Positions 35,701 through 44,675 of a stretch of DNA of 64,000 bases are shown here, piece by piece. The translations under genes and the position numbers were made by a program. The notes beneath the pieces were generated by a model. The model ran no database searches. It was not told the origin of the DNA and saw nothing but the letters and a program-made list of their open reading frames with translations. Within the stretch, counting starts at the first letter, position 1; each line of letters starts with the position of its first letter. The DNA is from a virus. The stretch is from the IMG/VR virus record IMGVR_UViG_3300025736_000010, positions 32,001 to 96,000 of that record. One strand, given 5' to 3'.

Positions 35701-38700
35701 GAGCTGAAAAGTAAATTCATAGCTGAGTTTGATTTTCCTGAAGGAATAAAAGGAACCATAGAAACAGTAGAAGATTTTTTACGCAGTTTCGATAACGTTC
35801 CAGATGGTGCACTTGATGCTATAGTGAAAGAACTTGAAAGATTTTATGATGTTGAGTGGGATTTTCTTACGCCTGAAACGCACGTTCTTACAAAGACAGC
35901 CTCTGAGTTCAAGAAGTTTTTTGGCGACATGTCGTTTATTGCTTCTGCTGGGATGGATGAAGTTCTATCTTCATTTGAATCTGCTTGGAGAAGTAGCAAA
36001 GTATTAGAACTTACTGGTGGTGCGGCCACTCCAACTTCGTCTGAACTAATGCTTATGGGTGAGGATGCTTCGGCATTTTGGACAGCAGCAAGGAATTTGC
36101 GAACAGACACAATGGACGAAGCAAATATTGGCGACATTCTTGACTTTTATGCAGAACAAGGAGCGGAAGTAAGGGCCGCTATTTATGGCGGACTAGCTTC
36201 AGAAGAGATAGATACAATATCTGTGCAAAGAGCAATATATGAGGCCATAAATGCTTACAAGGGGGAAAATAATCCAGCACAGGCAAGAAAGGCTCTTGAG
36301 CTGGCCGTGAAACCGTTGCTAGATGTTCTTGACGCAGATCAAATACTTGCATTTATAAGTGAAGGATTCGTCGGGACGGCCCCTGGCATGATAAAAACAA
36401 TTCTAGACGCGGCTGGTAAGACTATAGAAGAATATTTATCATTCCTTGAATCTTCCGCAACAATGCCAAATGTTCCGCAGATTGAAATGGCCGGAATAAG
36501 CGAAGGCATGTTTAGCCTGTCTCTGGCGGCGACTGGGCTTGATCCTCTTGTGTCTAAATTAGGTAGTGAGTTTTACGTTTTGTGGAAAGCGATGGACGAG
36601 GCGGACCTTGCGGACAAGGCGGCTGAGTGGAAAAAAATGAGCGACTTGCTGGACGATTGGACTGAGAGAGTGGAGATTCTAGCACAAGCAGACGAGATTA
36701 CAGAAGCCCAGGCAAATATGCTTGTTTTAACCATAGGAAAACTTGGGGATGCAATAGGGATAACAAACAAAGAAACTAAATCCTTAGTAGACAGTCTGAA
36801 CGAAATTAAACTTTCAAATCTTTTGAAAGGTCTTAATAATCTAGACACATTAATGGTAGATGCAGTTAAGGAGTCATTATCTACTAGATATATTCCTTCT
36901 GATATCTCGCCAACAGGTACATCCAACATTGATCAATCTGCTTCAGCCTTTTCTGGTATTGACCAAACGGTTGGGGCTTTTAGCGATTCAGTTTTCTCAT
37001 TTACGGGTGGAATAGAAAAGATCAATCAAGGCATTGAAAGTTTTGTAGAAACCGGAATAGAAGGAGTTGAGTCTCTAAATGCAGGCGCAGATCTATCTGG
37101 ATTTGTAAGTGCAATACAGGAAGCTGTAGGAATTGCAACATCGCTTGGAACAATTATAGAAGGAATTGGGGCGTGGATAGACATGGGGAGTCTTGACAAA
37201 TTCACAGAGGAACAACAGAGAGAAATTCTTGAGCATTACGAAACCCTAAAGGCGCTTAAAGAAAAATACGATGCTGCTGAACTTGCCAGGGCCAAGGCAA
37301 CCGCAGATGCTATAAGAAGAGCAGATCTCTGGGGTGCCATTATTGAAGGAATGGAGTCTGTTGCGAACGCATTGGCATCAGCAATAATGCCAGAGGATTC
37401 AAACTATAAGGGCACAGCATCGTCTGTAATTGGACTAGGAACAACGGCTGCTTCTTATGCTCTTGGGCTTATTAGCGGACCTGTTGGGTGGATAGCAGCA
37501 GCCGGAACTTTAATTGCAAGTGTTATAACTGACTCTGCCAACGCGATGAAAAAAGCTAAAGAAAAAGCGATGCAAACATTTTCTGAAATAGTGTCCATTG
37601 GCTCCGATATATTCGACGGCCTAAAGAACGCCATTACTACTACAATATCGTTGTTCGGCGATCTTTCAGATGGAACACAGAAACTTATAAATGGATTTGC
37701 AAGCCTATTCACACAAACTGAGGTATACGGGAGATTGCAAAGCGCTCTAGCCTCTGCGCAAAGTACAATATTCAACATGCTTCTAGGATTCCTATGGCCT
37801 ATCGTTGCTGTTTTCGAGGCGCTCTTCGGAGTAACTACAGAAGTAGCTGAGGTAATAGAAAAAGAAACTGAGGCGAGAATGGCAAGCCTTAATGTGCCTT
37901 CTGGATACAAAGTAACTAGGGCAGAGTGGGAAGCAGCTACCCCTGGGCAACCTGGTATGCCGACTACAACTACAGACACACCAGACATACCAGACAAGCC
38001 AGACTCGGACCTACCTGAATGGGTACAAGAATTCATAGACCAGTGGGGTAGTGCGATTGATGACGCGATAGAGCCACTGAAAAGATTTGGCGACGCTTTA
38101 ATAGAAATGTGGCAAGTATTAATGCCTGGAGTAATGGATGCGCTTCTTGAGTCTGTACATGAGTTTGGAACAAACATGCTTGGAATTGCGGAAAGGATAA
38201 GAACAGACTTGTTGCCTGTGCTTGAAGATACTCTGCCGAACACTATATCAGGATTGTTCGATTTCTTTGCTGGGGCAATCGAAGGTGTCGCGATATTGTT
38301 TGTTGATGTACTGACAAATACGATGCCGAGCATAGAAGGATTTGCAATCGCACTTGGACTGCTTGGAGATGAATTTCCAAGGCTTGCAGAACAACTTGCA
38401 GAAGGATTAAGCCCCGCGATAACTTCTTTAATCGACGGCATATCAACTCTTATAAACGTGTTAATAGGGACTGAGGGGTTCGATTGGACTAACTTATTTG
38501 GAGATGGTTTTGATTGGACTAACTTTTTCGGAGATGTAGACATTGATTGGGAAGATATGCTTAGTGGTATATCGCCGTTCTTTGACTGGCTGAATGAAAA
38601 TCTTAGTGATATCGAACTTACGGCGTTAGATGACATTGTTAGAACTGTGACCGGCGCATTTAATCTATTAGCCGGGGCAGTTGAAGGAATAATAAACTTC

Positions 38701-39732
38701 TTTGTTGGACTAACATTGCCTAATTTGGACTCTATTGCAGATTTATTTGATGTTCTTGGCGATATAGGTACATTGCTCCCTGATTTGGGGCTAGCAATAG
38801 GGCTTGGATTGGCACCAGTTATGCAGACAATTTTAGAAGGAGCATTAATTCCATTAGCTGGGTGGATAAGGGACACGTTTATTCCTGATCTTGAGGGTTT
38901 ATTTGGTGCATTTGGTAGTTGGTGGATTACTAATATGGACCCGTGGCTTCAAGATGACTTCTTCCCAAGGATAGCTGGATGGTTGGAAACCATATATGGT
39001 TATTTAGATCCAATATTTGAATGGCTGTCAGGTGATGTTTGGGATTGGTTTTCTGGTCCAGTTTGGGATGCAATACAACCTTTTGTTGATTCTGTTCTTG
39101 AAATGTTTGAGGAATTTGGTGAATGGGTTGACGAAAACTGGGATGAGATATCAGAATTCTTAACCACAGTGTTAGCAGAGAAACTCGGCGACCTTCTTAG
39201 CGAATTAGATGGTTTTCTCGAAACCGTGAAAGAATGGACAACTGGTGGCAACCCAATGGCTAATGCACTCAGCAATCTTAAAGATTCATTTGTTTTATTG
39301 TGGGATGTGCTAAAGCCGCTTGTTGGGCCTATATTTTATGCTGCTATCCTTCTACTTACGGCAGGAATAAGTATATTAGCTGGCGTTGTTTTAGGAGTTT
39401 TGATTGCGGTAGTGGCTGTTTTAAATGCAGTTATATGGGCGTGGAATAATCTTATACCATTTTCAACCAATATTGACTATATTGATTATCCAAGCCTGGA
39501 TGTTGGCGGTGAAATACTGAGTAGCGGAATTGCATTAGTCCATAAGGGAGAAGTTGTTGCACCGGCAGGAACAGCTCCGCTTGGCAATTATAGTGGCGGC
39601 GGGAAGGCTATAGATAACACAATAGTTCTAGACGGCAATGTTTTATATAGAGGAATGAGAAAAGTAAATCAACGAGAACAACGAAGGAAAACAGGATCGT
39701 CAATAGGGGGGAGGGCGTGGAACAGTGCGTAG
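32713..39732 (+). CDS. tape measure protein (TP901-type core) containing an intein
   Basis: 2339 aa; TMP core, TM segments, W/F-periodic repeats, C-terminal GG....G.A.VH.GE.V; downstream of chaperone. Confidence 0.9.
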   Translation: MPALGAMAGSAVTGNIGSAWVTVGANTSQLVSGMGAATTSMKTFGKAAMVLYAVVAAVKATTSAFIEFDRQLKNTWTLLDSSSKQMDATGNSVRTMARQYQTGAAEAQEALYHIVSATFYNADAMRILEEATKGAAAGLASLGSTGDMLTTVLNAYRMSASEATTISDYLFQTIRYGKCVTGDTRVLLSNGKYERIDGLENGAEVVSFDGERFVPKNAEWVYQGEKIVVKLTTQLGREIKTTFNHPYLTKDGWKKVMDLSVGDEIAVPTNIPYFGNVHVDKNKAAFLGLWIAESAPEAGCPRITTSLYKDKLEEVAKYFGCTINNVEKRPGKTPVYDFSNNYNGNKAMEFLRETGLDNCTTATKYVPDEVFSWDKESVAEFLHWYFNGDGWLNRGIDKGRGYNHQLGVCSKSEILIRQVSHLLLRFGIVGRVRKRRYSEKIIKSLVRENNNEFWVWECARNTDIRRFVKFIGIDREFAEEAANRPFAERRDHANCKISSDDVISIHELYAAGEHTATEISKMFGISQQYVSDIVRGKRRGESLVFPKSLDVKTHYRYDKIVEIEELHKEKVYDLVVPDLHNFVAEDIIAHNTTMSELAHQMGRLSGVAAPVGASFSDMSAAVATLTRQGIRTDWAITSLRQTLMQFIKPVKNLKMALKSLGYESGAVLIKQEGFAGALKLITKYAEENGIEMEQMFTNVRAITAVLPLATTAAGEYAKDLDRMAHSSGAATAAFEKQTQSWSYQIQKFTTMLNDFAISLGELLMPALKGVMVVIEGITTALRPVLALFKMLGGDLLLGVVSTAGAMAVAVWLSVKAWAALAATVSKAAAAMGIATAATVALTKAQQALALSTYTTGGLIPNVSMAFAGGATGAAGTVGFLASLKKSIGKIISKFGALKLLGAGLAGAFAVKQIMNIEVEPVIKMGQVQGGATARKALSDSLNNVLGGVAGGAVMGAMIGGPWGALAGGVTAGVGIIIRIVHEIRTTQAELDAPRIEELKSKFIAEFDFPEGIKGTIETVEDFLRSFDNVPDGALDAIVKELERFYDVEWDFLTPETHVLTKTASEFKKFFGDMSFIASAGMDEVLSSFESAWRSSKVLELTGGAATPTSSELMLMGEDASAFWTAARNLRTDTMDEANIGDILDFYAEQGAEVRAAIYGGLASEEIDTISVQRAIYEAINAYKGENNPAQARKALELAVKPLLDVLDADQILAFISEGFVGTAPGMIKTILDAAGKTIEEYLSFLESSATMPNVPQIEMAGISEGMFSLSLAATGLDPLVSKLGSEFYVLWKAMDEADLADKAAEWKKMSDLLDDWTERVEILAQADEITEAQANMLVLTIGKLGDAIGITNKETKSLVDSLNEIKLSNLLKGLNNLDTLMVDAVKESLSTRYIPSDISPTGTSNIDQSASAFSGIDQTVGAFSDSVFSFTGGIEKINQGIESFVETGIEGVESLNAGADLSGFVSAIQEAVGIATSLGTIIEGIGAWIDMGSLDKFTEEQQREILEHYETLKALKEKYDAAELARAKATADAIRRADLWGAIIEGMESVANALASAIMPEDSNYKGTASSVIGLGTTAASYALGLISGPVGWIAAAGTLIASVITDSANAMKKAKEKAMQTFSEIVSIGSDIFDGLKNAITTTISLFGDLSDGTQKLINGFASLFTQTEVYGRLQSALASAQSTIFNMLLGFLWPIVAVFEALFGVTTEVAEVIEKETEARMASLNVPSGYKVTRAEWEAATPGQPGMPTTTTDTPDIPDKPDSDLPEWVQEFIDQWGSAIDDAIEPLKRFGDALIEMWQVLMPGVMDALLESVHEFGTNMLGIAERIRTDLLPVLEDTLPNTISGLFDFFAGAIEGVAILFVDVLTNTMPSIEGFAIALGLLGDEFPRLAEQLAEGLSPAITSLIDGISTLINVLIGTEGFDWTNLFGDGFDWTNFFGDVDIDWEDMLSGISPFFDWLNENLSDIELTALDDIVRTVTGAFNLLAGAVEGIINFFVGLTLPNLDSIADLFDVLGDIGTLLPDLGLAIGLGLAPVMQTILEGALIPLAGWIRDTFIPDLEGLFGAFGSWWITNMDPWLQDDFFPRIAGWLETIYGYLDPIFEWLSGDVWDWFSGPVWDAIQPFVDSVLEMFEEFGEWVDENWDEISEFLTTVLAEKLGDLLSELDGFLETVKEWTTGGNPMANALSNLKDSFVLLWDVLKPLVGPIFYAAILLLTAGISILAGVVLGVLIAVVAVLNAVIWAWNNLIPFSTNIDYIDYPSLDVGGEILSSGIALVHKGEVVAPAGTAPLGNYSGGGKAIDNTIVLDGNVLYRGMRKVNQREQRRKTGSSIGGRAWNSA
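33247..34485 (+). mobile_element. LAGLIDADG intein (413 aa) in the tape measure protein
   Basis: GK|CVTGDTRV; block B TFNH; FLGLWIAE / YFNGDG; VYDL.V..HNFVA..IIAHN|T. Confidence 0.92.
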
Positions 39733-41263
39733 TATGGTGAACGGAGACTCAACAACAGAATGTTTGCCTCGCATTAAAGTCAAAGATGGCGACGGAACGT
39801 GGATAGACCTTACTGATCGGCTATATTCAGTTAGCCTTGACGATAGTTTAGAGGCAGATTCAGCGTCAGTGAGTCTTGAGTTTAGAAATAACTCGGACAA
39901 ATACGTGTCTGGTGCATCTAATTACAATCTAGATCCACTAGACGTGTCTTCATTGTACTACAAAAATTCTGAGCCGATATTCGGTCGATACCACGAAGTG
40001 AAGCTTGAGGTTAGCAAAAACGACGGCGTAAATTACTATGAAGTATTTCGTGGATACGCAGGCCCGGAAACAGTCAACGTTACAACTTCAACAGACAGAG
40101 ATGATACAATAACGCTTAGGCCCTGCGATTTGAGCTTCCCGTACAAAGAGTTCCACTTTTATGACAGCCTCATATACAAATCGGCGGACGCTGTGAGCAT
40201 AATGACGCAGATATTCACCGACCATGGGTTTAACGAAACAGTAGAAGAGGTTGATGCCCCTGCATTTCACGTTGAAGAGGTTCGCACAGGAGAAACAAAT
40301 GTTTGGGCTGCGCAGAAAGCATTAATTGGCCCTACAGGATATATATACAGAATCAAATGGAACGAGGACGTAACGTCTGCTTTCAAACCATGCGTATACG
40401 ACCCAGACAGAACTAAGACAGTTCCAGACGCAGCTTTTGCAGGAACATTCCAACACAGAAGAATAGATATAAGCGAGGCGGATGTAAGGACAAAGGTTGT
40501 AGTAATTTACAGGCACAGAGACAGCGGAACAATTGAATACGCGCAGGCCGAGAGCGAAGCAGCAAGAGACAAGTACGGGATTCCTGATGGGAGTGGAAAC
40601 AGAAAACATAAAACAATGTGGCTAGCGGTTCAAGGTACCGGAACGAATTATAGTTTGATAGACACAGGACCAGAGGCGAAAGACCTTGCCGATTACGTGT
40701 TATACGACTTGAAAGAGCCTGTTCCAGATATCGAGGTTAGGATACCACGAATCATCCCTGGAATTGAGATACACGACCTTCTCTCGTTTATAGGAGATGA
40801 CTACACTGTGACCATGGGCGTAACCTCAGTTAACTGGGACTGGAATACCGATAACAAAATAGGAACTACAACTGTTCGTGGAACTACCGATAGGGTAATT
40901 GGGGAGTTCGGGCTTTGGCTCGCTCAAGATGCCCACTCGCCAGAAGTTATGCGGGATTTGCAATTGGCATTCTTACAAGGGGATGGAATGCCGCCAGCGA
41001 AACCTGCGACGCCTGAGTTGCTTTCGTTTAGAGGAGTTGATTCGGCTACTGGGAAAGAGACTTCGGTTGTTGTGGCGACGGCAACGCCGAATTCTGAGTG
41101 GGACATTTCTCATTATAGGTTTTTTTGGCAAATTGTAGGCGAGGCGGAAACTGAAAGTCGTGTAGAAACTAAACCAAGACTGGTCATAAAAGACTTGCCG
41201 GTAGGAGCAACAGTTAAAATTTGGGTACAGGCAGTCGATTGGAGCGCAAGTGGCTTGTCTTAG
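39725..41263 (+). CDS. tail hub/tip protein with C-terminal FN3-like domain
   Basis: Directly after TMP; S..KYG; PPAKP..P...W.QAVD. Confidence 0.7.
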   Translation: MRSMVNGDSTTECLPRIKVKDGDGTWIDLTDRLYSVSLDDSLEADSASVSLEFRNNSDKYVSGASNYNLDPLDVSSLYYKNSEPIFGRYHEVKLEVSKNDGVNYYEVFRGYAGPETVNVTTSTDRDDTITLRPCDLSFPYKEFHFYDSLIYKSADAVSIMTQIFTDHGFNETVEEVDAPAFHVEEVRTGETNVWAAQKALIGPTGYIYRIKWNEDVTSAFKPCVYDPDRTKTVPDAAFAGTFQHRRIDISEADVRTKVVVIYRHRDSGTIEYAQAESEAARDKYGIPDGSGNRKHKTMWLAVQGTGTNYSLIDTGPEAKDLADYVLYDLKEPVPDIEVRIPRIIPGIEIHDLLSFIGDDYTVTMGVTSVNWDWNTDNKIGTTTVRGTTDRVIGEFGLWLAQDAHSPEVMRDLQLAFLQGDGMPPAKPATPELLSFRGVDSATGKETSVVVATATPNSEWDISHYRFFWQIVGEAETESRVETKPRLVIKDLPVGATVKIWVQAVDWSASGLS

Positions 41264-41283
41264 AGGTAAAAATAGTGTATAAT
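41255..41283 (+). promoter_or_regulatory. sigma70-type promoter
   Basis: TTGTCT-17-TATAAT before AGGAGG RBS. Confidence 0.65.
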
Positions 41284-41306
41284 GTAAGTATCAGGAGGAT
41301 TGACTA

Positions 41307-41906
41307 ATGGACAAAAGTTTAACGACCGTGCTGGCATCAACAACGATTGCTGCCGGAGAGACATCTATTTTGGCATCGGCCACCGCAACTGACTGCTCAA
41401 GAGGAACACAATTAATATACACAGTTCATGCTACTTTTAACGCTTCTGCAACTGAGGGGCTTATGGTATACCTTTTCACCAGCACAGATAATGCAACCTG
41501 GGACAGCGTGGCTTGGGATTCTTGGGAAGTAGATAACGTTAGGCAAATCGGATATACCGCTGGCGATCTGTCGTGGATGTTCGGGGAGACTGTGACTGGG
41601 CAGTCAGGTGGTACTGGGACGGTCGAGAATTGGTCTTTAGATTCTGGAACATGGGCTTTGGATACTGCCGCCGGAAATGTTTATTTAAGTTCCCTGACAG
41701 GCACGTTTACAGACACTGAAACGCTCACGGGGTCTGATAGTGGATGTGTGGCAACACAGAGCGGCTCTGTGGCTGCGCACGCTCTTACCGCGACGTATTT
41801 TTCCACGACGCCAACTCCGATGTTCATTAAAGCAAGGGTTCATAATCTAGATACTACACAATCAATTACGCTGTGCAGTTTGGGGGCTGTAAGCCAGACT
41901 ATCTAA
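41307..41906 (+). CDS. virion structural protein
   Basis: Thr/Ser/Gly-rich; shares GE..TG..SG...DSGTWA domain with 22894. Confidence 0.6.
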   Translation: MDKSLTTVLASTTIAAGETSILASATATDCSRGTQLIYTVHATFNASATEGLMVYLFTSTDNATWDSVAWDSWEVDNVRQIGYTAGDLSWMFGETVTGQSGGTGTVENWSLDSGTWALDTAAGNVYLSSLTGTFTDTETLTGSDSGCVATQSGSVAAHALTATYFSTTPTPMFIKARVHNLDTTQSITLCSLGAVSQTI

Positions 41907-41908
41907 TC

Positions 41909-42751
41909 ATGCCAAAGCGACTAGATCTAGACGATGCTGACATAGTGCGCAGATACAAATCTGGCGAGTCCCAGTTATCAATAGCAACTAGTCTTGGCAT
42001 TACTTCGCCGCCGATATTTAGGAGGCTGCAAGAAGCTGGAGCATCACTTTGTTCAACTAAAGCTGAAAATACATACAATAATATGGAGTGGCTAATAGAA
42101 GAATATGTAGTTAAGAAAAGATCCGGCAGGGATATTGCGAGAGGATGCGGTGTCGGTCACCACACTATTTTTGCACGTATTGACAAATATAATATTGAAA
42201 GGTCTGCGAATCAAGAAGTTGTAGATTTGAGTGGGCAAAGATTTGGCAGGCTCGTCGCAATTAGCCTAGAAGAAGGAAGAAGAGGGTGGGGAGGTACATC
42301 ATGGGAATGTCGTTGCGATTGCGGTAGCGCAGTAAGCGTGTTATCAGGCAATCTTGTTTCTGGGCATACGCAAAGTTGTGGGTGTTTAAATGAGGAAATA
42401 ATAGCAAAATTCAGGTTTAAGCGCGGCGAGGAGCACCCAAACTGGAGTTATGATAAAACAGATGAAGAACGTAAAAGGGAACGTAGTTATCCTGGATATA
42501 AAAAATGGCGGAAAGCCATTGTGGTAAGAGATAATTATACGTGTCAAAAATGCATGGAATCTGGAGGCGATTTGCGGGCGCATCATATAGAATCTCATAA
42601 CCTGAACAAGGGGTTGAGGCTTGTGCTAGAGAACGGAATTACATTATGCGCCGGTTGTCACAAAAACTTTCACCGCATCTACGGCCTCGGGAATAACACC
42701 AGCGAACAATTCAACGAATTCATGCTAATGGATGGTGATTCTAATTCCTAA
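41909..42751 (+). CDS. HNH homing endonuclease
   Basis: DLSGQRFGRL..W.C.CDCG..SCGC; RD.YTC..C..AHHI..NGITLC..CH..FH. Confidence 0.85.
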   Translation: MPKRLDLDDADIVRRYKSGESQLSIATSLGITSPPIFRRLQEAGASLCSTKAENTYNNMEWLIEEYVVKKRSGRDIARGCGVGHHTIFARIDKYNIERSANQEVVDLSGQRFGRLVAISLEEGRRGWGGTSWECRCDCGSAVSVLSGNLVSGHTQSCGCLNEEIIAKFRFKRGEEHPNWSYDKTDEERKRERSYPGYKKWRKAIVVRDNYTCQKCMESGGDLRAHHIESHNLNKGLRLVLENGITLCAGCHKNFHRIYGLGNNTSEQFNEFMLMDGDSNS

Positions 42752-44675
42752 TCGTGAATTAATAATGGAACTGAACAGCGAACAAACAAACCTCGCTAGA
42801 ACTGGCGTCTCAATAGCTTCTGACGTTGCAACCATCACGGTAGTTGGTGATGAATTAAGCCCCTCCGCTCCGACAGGTCCTTCAGCAACCCAGATCCCAC
42901 AAGGTATTAAGGTGACTTGGCAAAACCCATCTACAAACTCAGATGGTTCAGTGTGTTATGATATGCGCTGGACAAAACTGTATTATTCAGCAACATCTCC
43001 TGTCACAACAAGCGATTCATCCTATACAGTCGCTGCACGCGCTGGAACTTCCTCTGCATTCTCTGATACTGTAGCCGTTGCAACCGCTCGCTACTATATC
43101 ATCACAGCTCTAGATAATTCTGGAAACGAGTCTACCGCAAGCAGTGAAGTCAATTCTACTGGCGGTCCTATTACTCCTACAACTGACATCCCCACAGATG
43201 CCAGTGGTCTGATCTTCGACGATACTGTAGGGACGGAAGGCGTGGTAGTTGGTGATGGAATCCTTGGAATTGCATTTCTAAATCCAGTTGACACTTGGGT
43301 AAACTTCGATCACTTTCGTCTATGGTATGCTGAAGATGATGGCGGCGGATTTGGCGCATGGGTTGAAATATCCCCAACCAACCGTATTGGCTATATACAC
43401 AAAGGGCTTGACACAACTCATGATTACCGCTACAAAGCTACTGTTGTTTCTACTGACGGCGAAGAGAGCACAACTCCAGATAAGGCAAAATCTGACGATT
43501 CTGGATATACGCCAAGCGGCTCTAACAATGATTTAATTGTAGCCGAGCTTGTGTTTGCAGAGAATATAGTTGCCGTAAACGAAGTCCGTGGAAACAATTT
43601 CTACGCATCAAGTTACCTACATATCGGGGCTGACAGCTGGCAAGGTGACGGGATACAATCAGAATATAATTCAGGCGATCCTAGATTTTACGTAGGTAAC
43701 GGCACTGCTGTTGCGGACGCCGCTGCTAGATTCTTTCAATTTGACGGAACCAACACAAGATGGAAAGGAGCGAACACAGAACTTGATGCCAGTGGAAACC
43801 TAATTGCTACTAGCGCGACGTTAACAGGTGTAATTACAGCGGACACAGGGTACATTGGCGGAACAAGCGGATGGGTTATAGCAGCAGGAAAACTCACGTC
43901 AACTGATATTGGCATGGCAACTACGGAAGGCGACGCTACCTATGCGTTCTGGGCGGGGAATGATACTCCCGCTAGCGCGGAATTTAGCGTAACTCATGCG
44001 GGCGCGTTAGTCGCTGGTGGATTTACAATAGACATTGATAATGGCCTCTATGCGGGCGCTGGGGCAACTAGGGTTCAAATGAAGCCTGGCGTTGGATTCT
44101 GGGCTGGGGCGACGGCATTTGTAGACGCTCCATTCAGTGTAGATGAAGTTGGCAATATGGCCCTTGGAGTTACTATTTTTACATGGGATGTAGCCACATC
44201 TACTGCCATTATGCAAGGAACGACGAAGACGGCTAATTCAGGAGAGCGCCTTGCAATCTTTGGGGCTGGCACCGATGCACACAACATGTTTGCATACGAT
44301 GCTGCTGGAATCCGCGCTTCAATCAACTCAGACGACATTCGTGTTTTCGGATCAGCTTGGGATGGAGACTCAGGAACCAAAGCAGCTGCAACGTTGAGCG
44401 TATTCCCATCGACGCCAGCGACTGTAGCACATATAGGTAACGACGAAGTGATTATAGACAACGACTTAATCGTAGGAAGGGCGACTGATCCATCGACGGG
44501 AGATGCGCTACACGTAACAGGGACAGGTCTCTTCACGAGCACAGTAGTTGTTGGAGACCACGGAGAGAGTACGACTCCAAGCATTGTCAACGTGCTGTTT
44601 TACACGACTGGAAACATCCCAGATGCCGATACTACCCCCAGAGGTACATTTGCTGTACAGGTGCCAGCAGCGTGA
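42732..44675 (+). CDS. tail tip/fibre protein with FN3 domains
   Basis: P.APTG..VTW..YY.I.ALD.SGNES; APFSV repeats; start may be 42765. Confidence 0.7.
   Translation: MVILIPNRELIMELNSEQTNLARTGVSIASDVATITVVGDELSPSAPTGPSATQIPQGIKVTWQNPSTNSDGSVCYDMRWTKLYYSATSPVTTSDSSYTVAARAGTSSAFSDTVAVATARYYIITALDNSGNESTASSEVNSTGGPITPTTDIPTDASGLIFDDTVGTEGVVVGDGILGIAFLNPVDTWVNFDHFRLWYAEDDGGGFGAWVEISPTNRIGYIHKGLDTTHDYRYKATVVSTDGEESTTPDKAKSDDSGYTPSGSNNDLIVAELVFAENIVAVNEVRGNNFYASSYLHIGADSWQGDGIQSEYNSGDPRFYVGNGTAVADAAARFFQFDGTNTRWKGANTELDASGNLIATSATLTGVITADTGYIGGTSGWVIAAGKLTSTDIGMATTEGDATYAFWAGNDTPASAEFSVTHAGALVAGGFTIDIDNGLYAGAGATRVQMKPGVGFWAGATAFVDAPFSVDEVGNMALGVTIFTWDVATSTAIMQGTTKTANSGERLAIFGAGTDAHNMFAYDAAGIRASINSDDIRVFGSAWDGDSGTKAAATLSVFPSTPATVAHIGNDEVIIDNDLIVGRATDPSTGDALHVTGTGLFTSTVVVGDHGESTTPSIVNVLFYTTGNIPDADTTPRGTFAVQVPAA

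Noticed and set aside
38477-38535. 30-nt tandem repeat in the tape measure gene
   Set aside because: Ordinary TMP repeat expansion (GFDWTNxFGD twice)
37455-38876. 473-aa minus-strand ORF
   Set aside because: Shadow frame of the tape measure repeats; Ser/Pro/Ile-rich with no motifs
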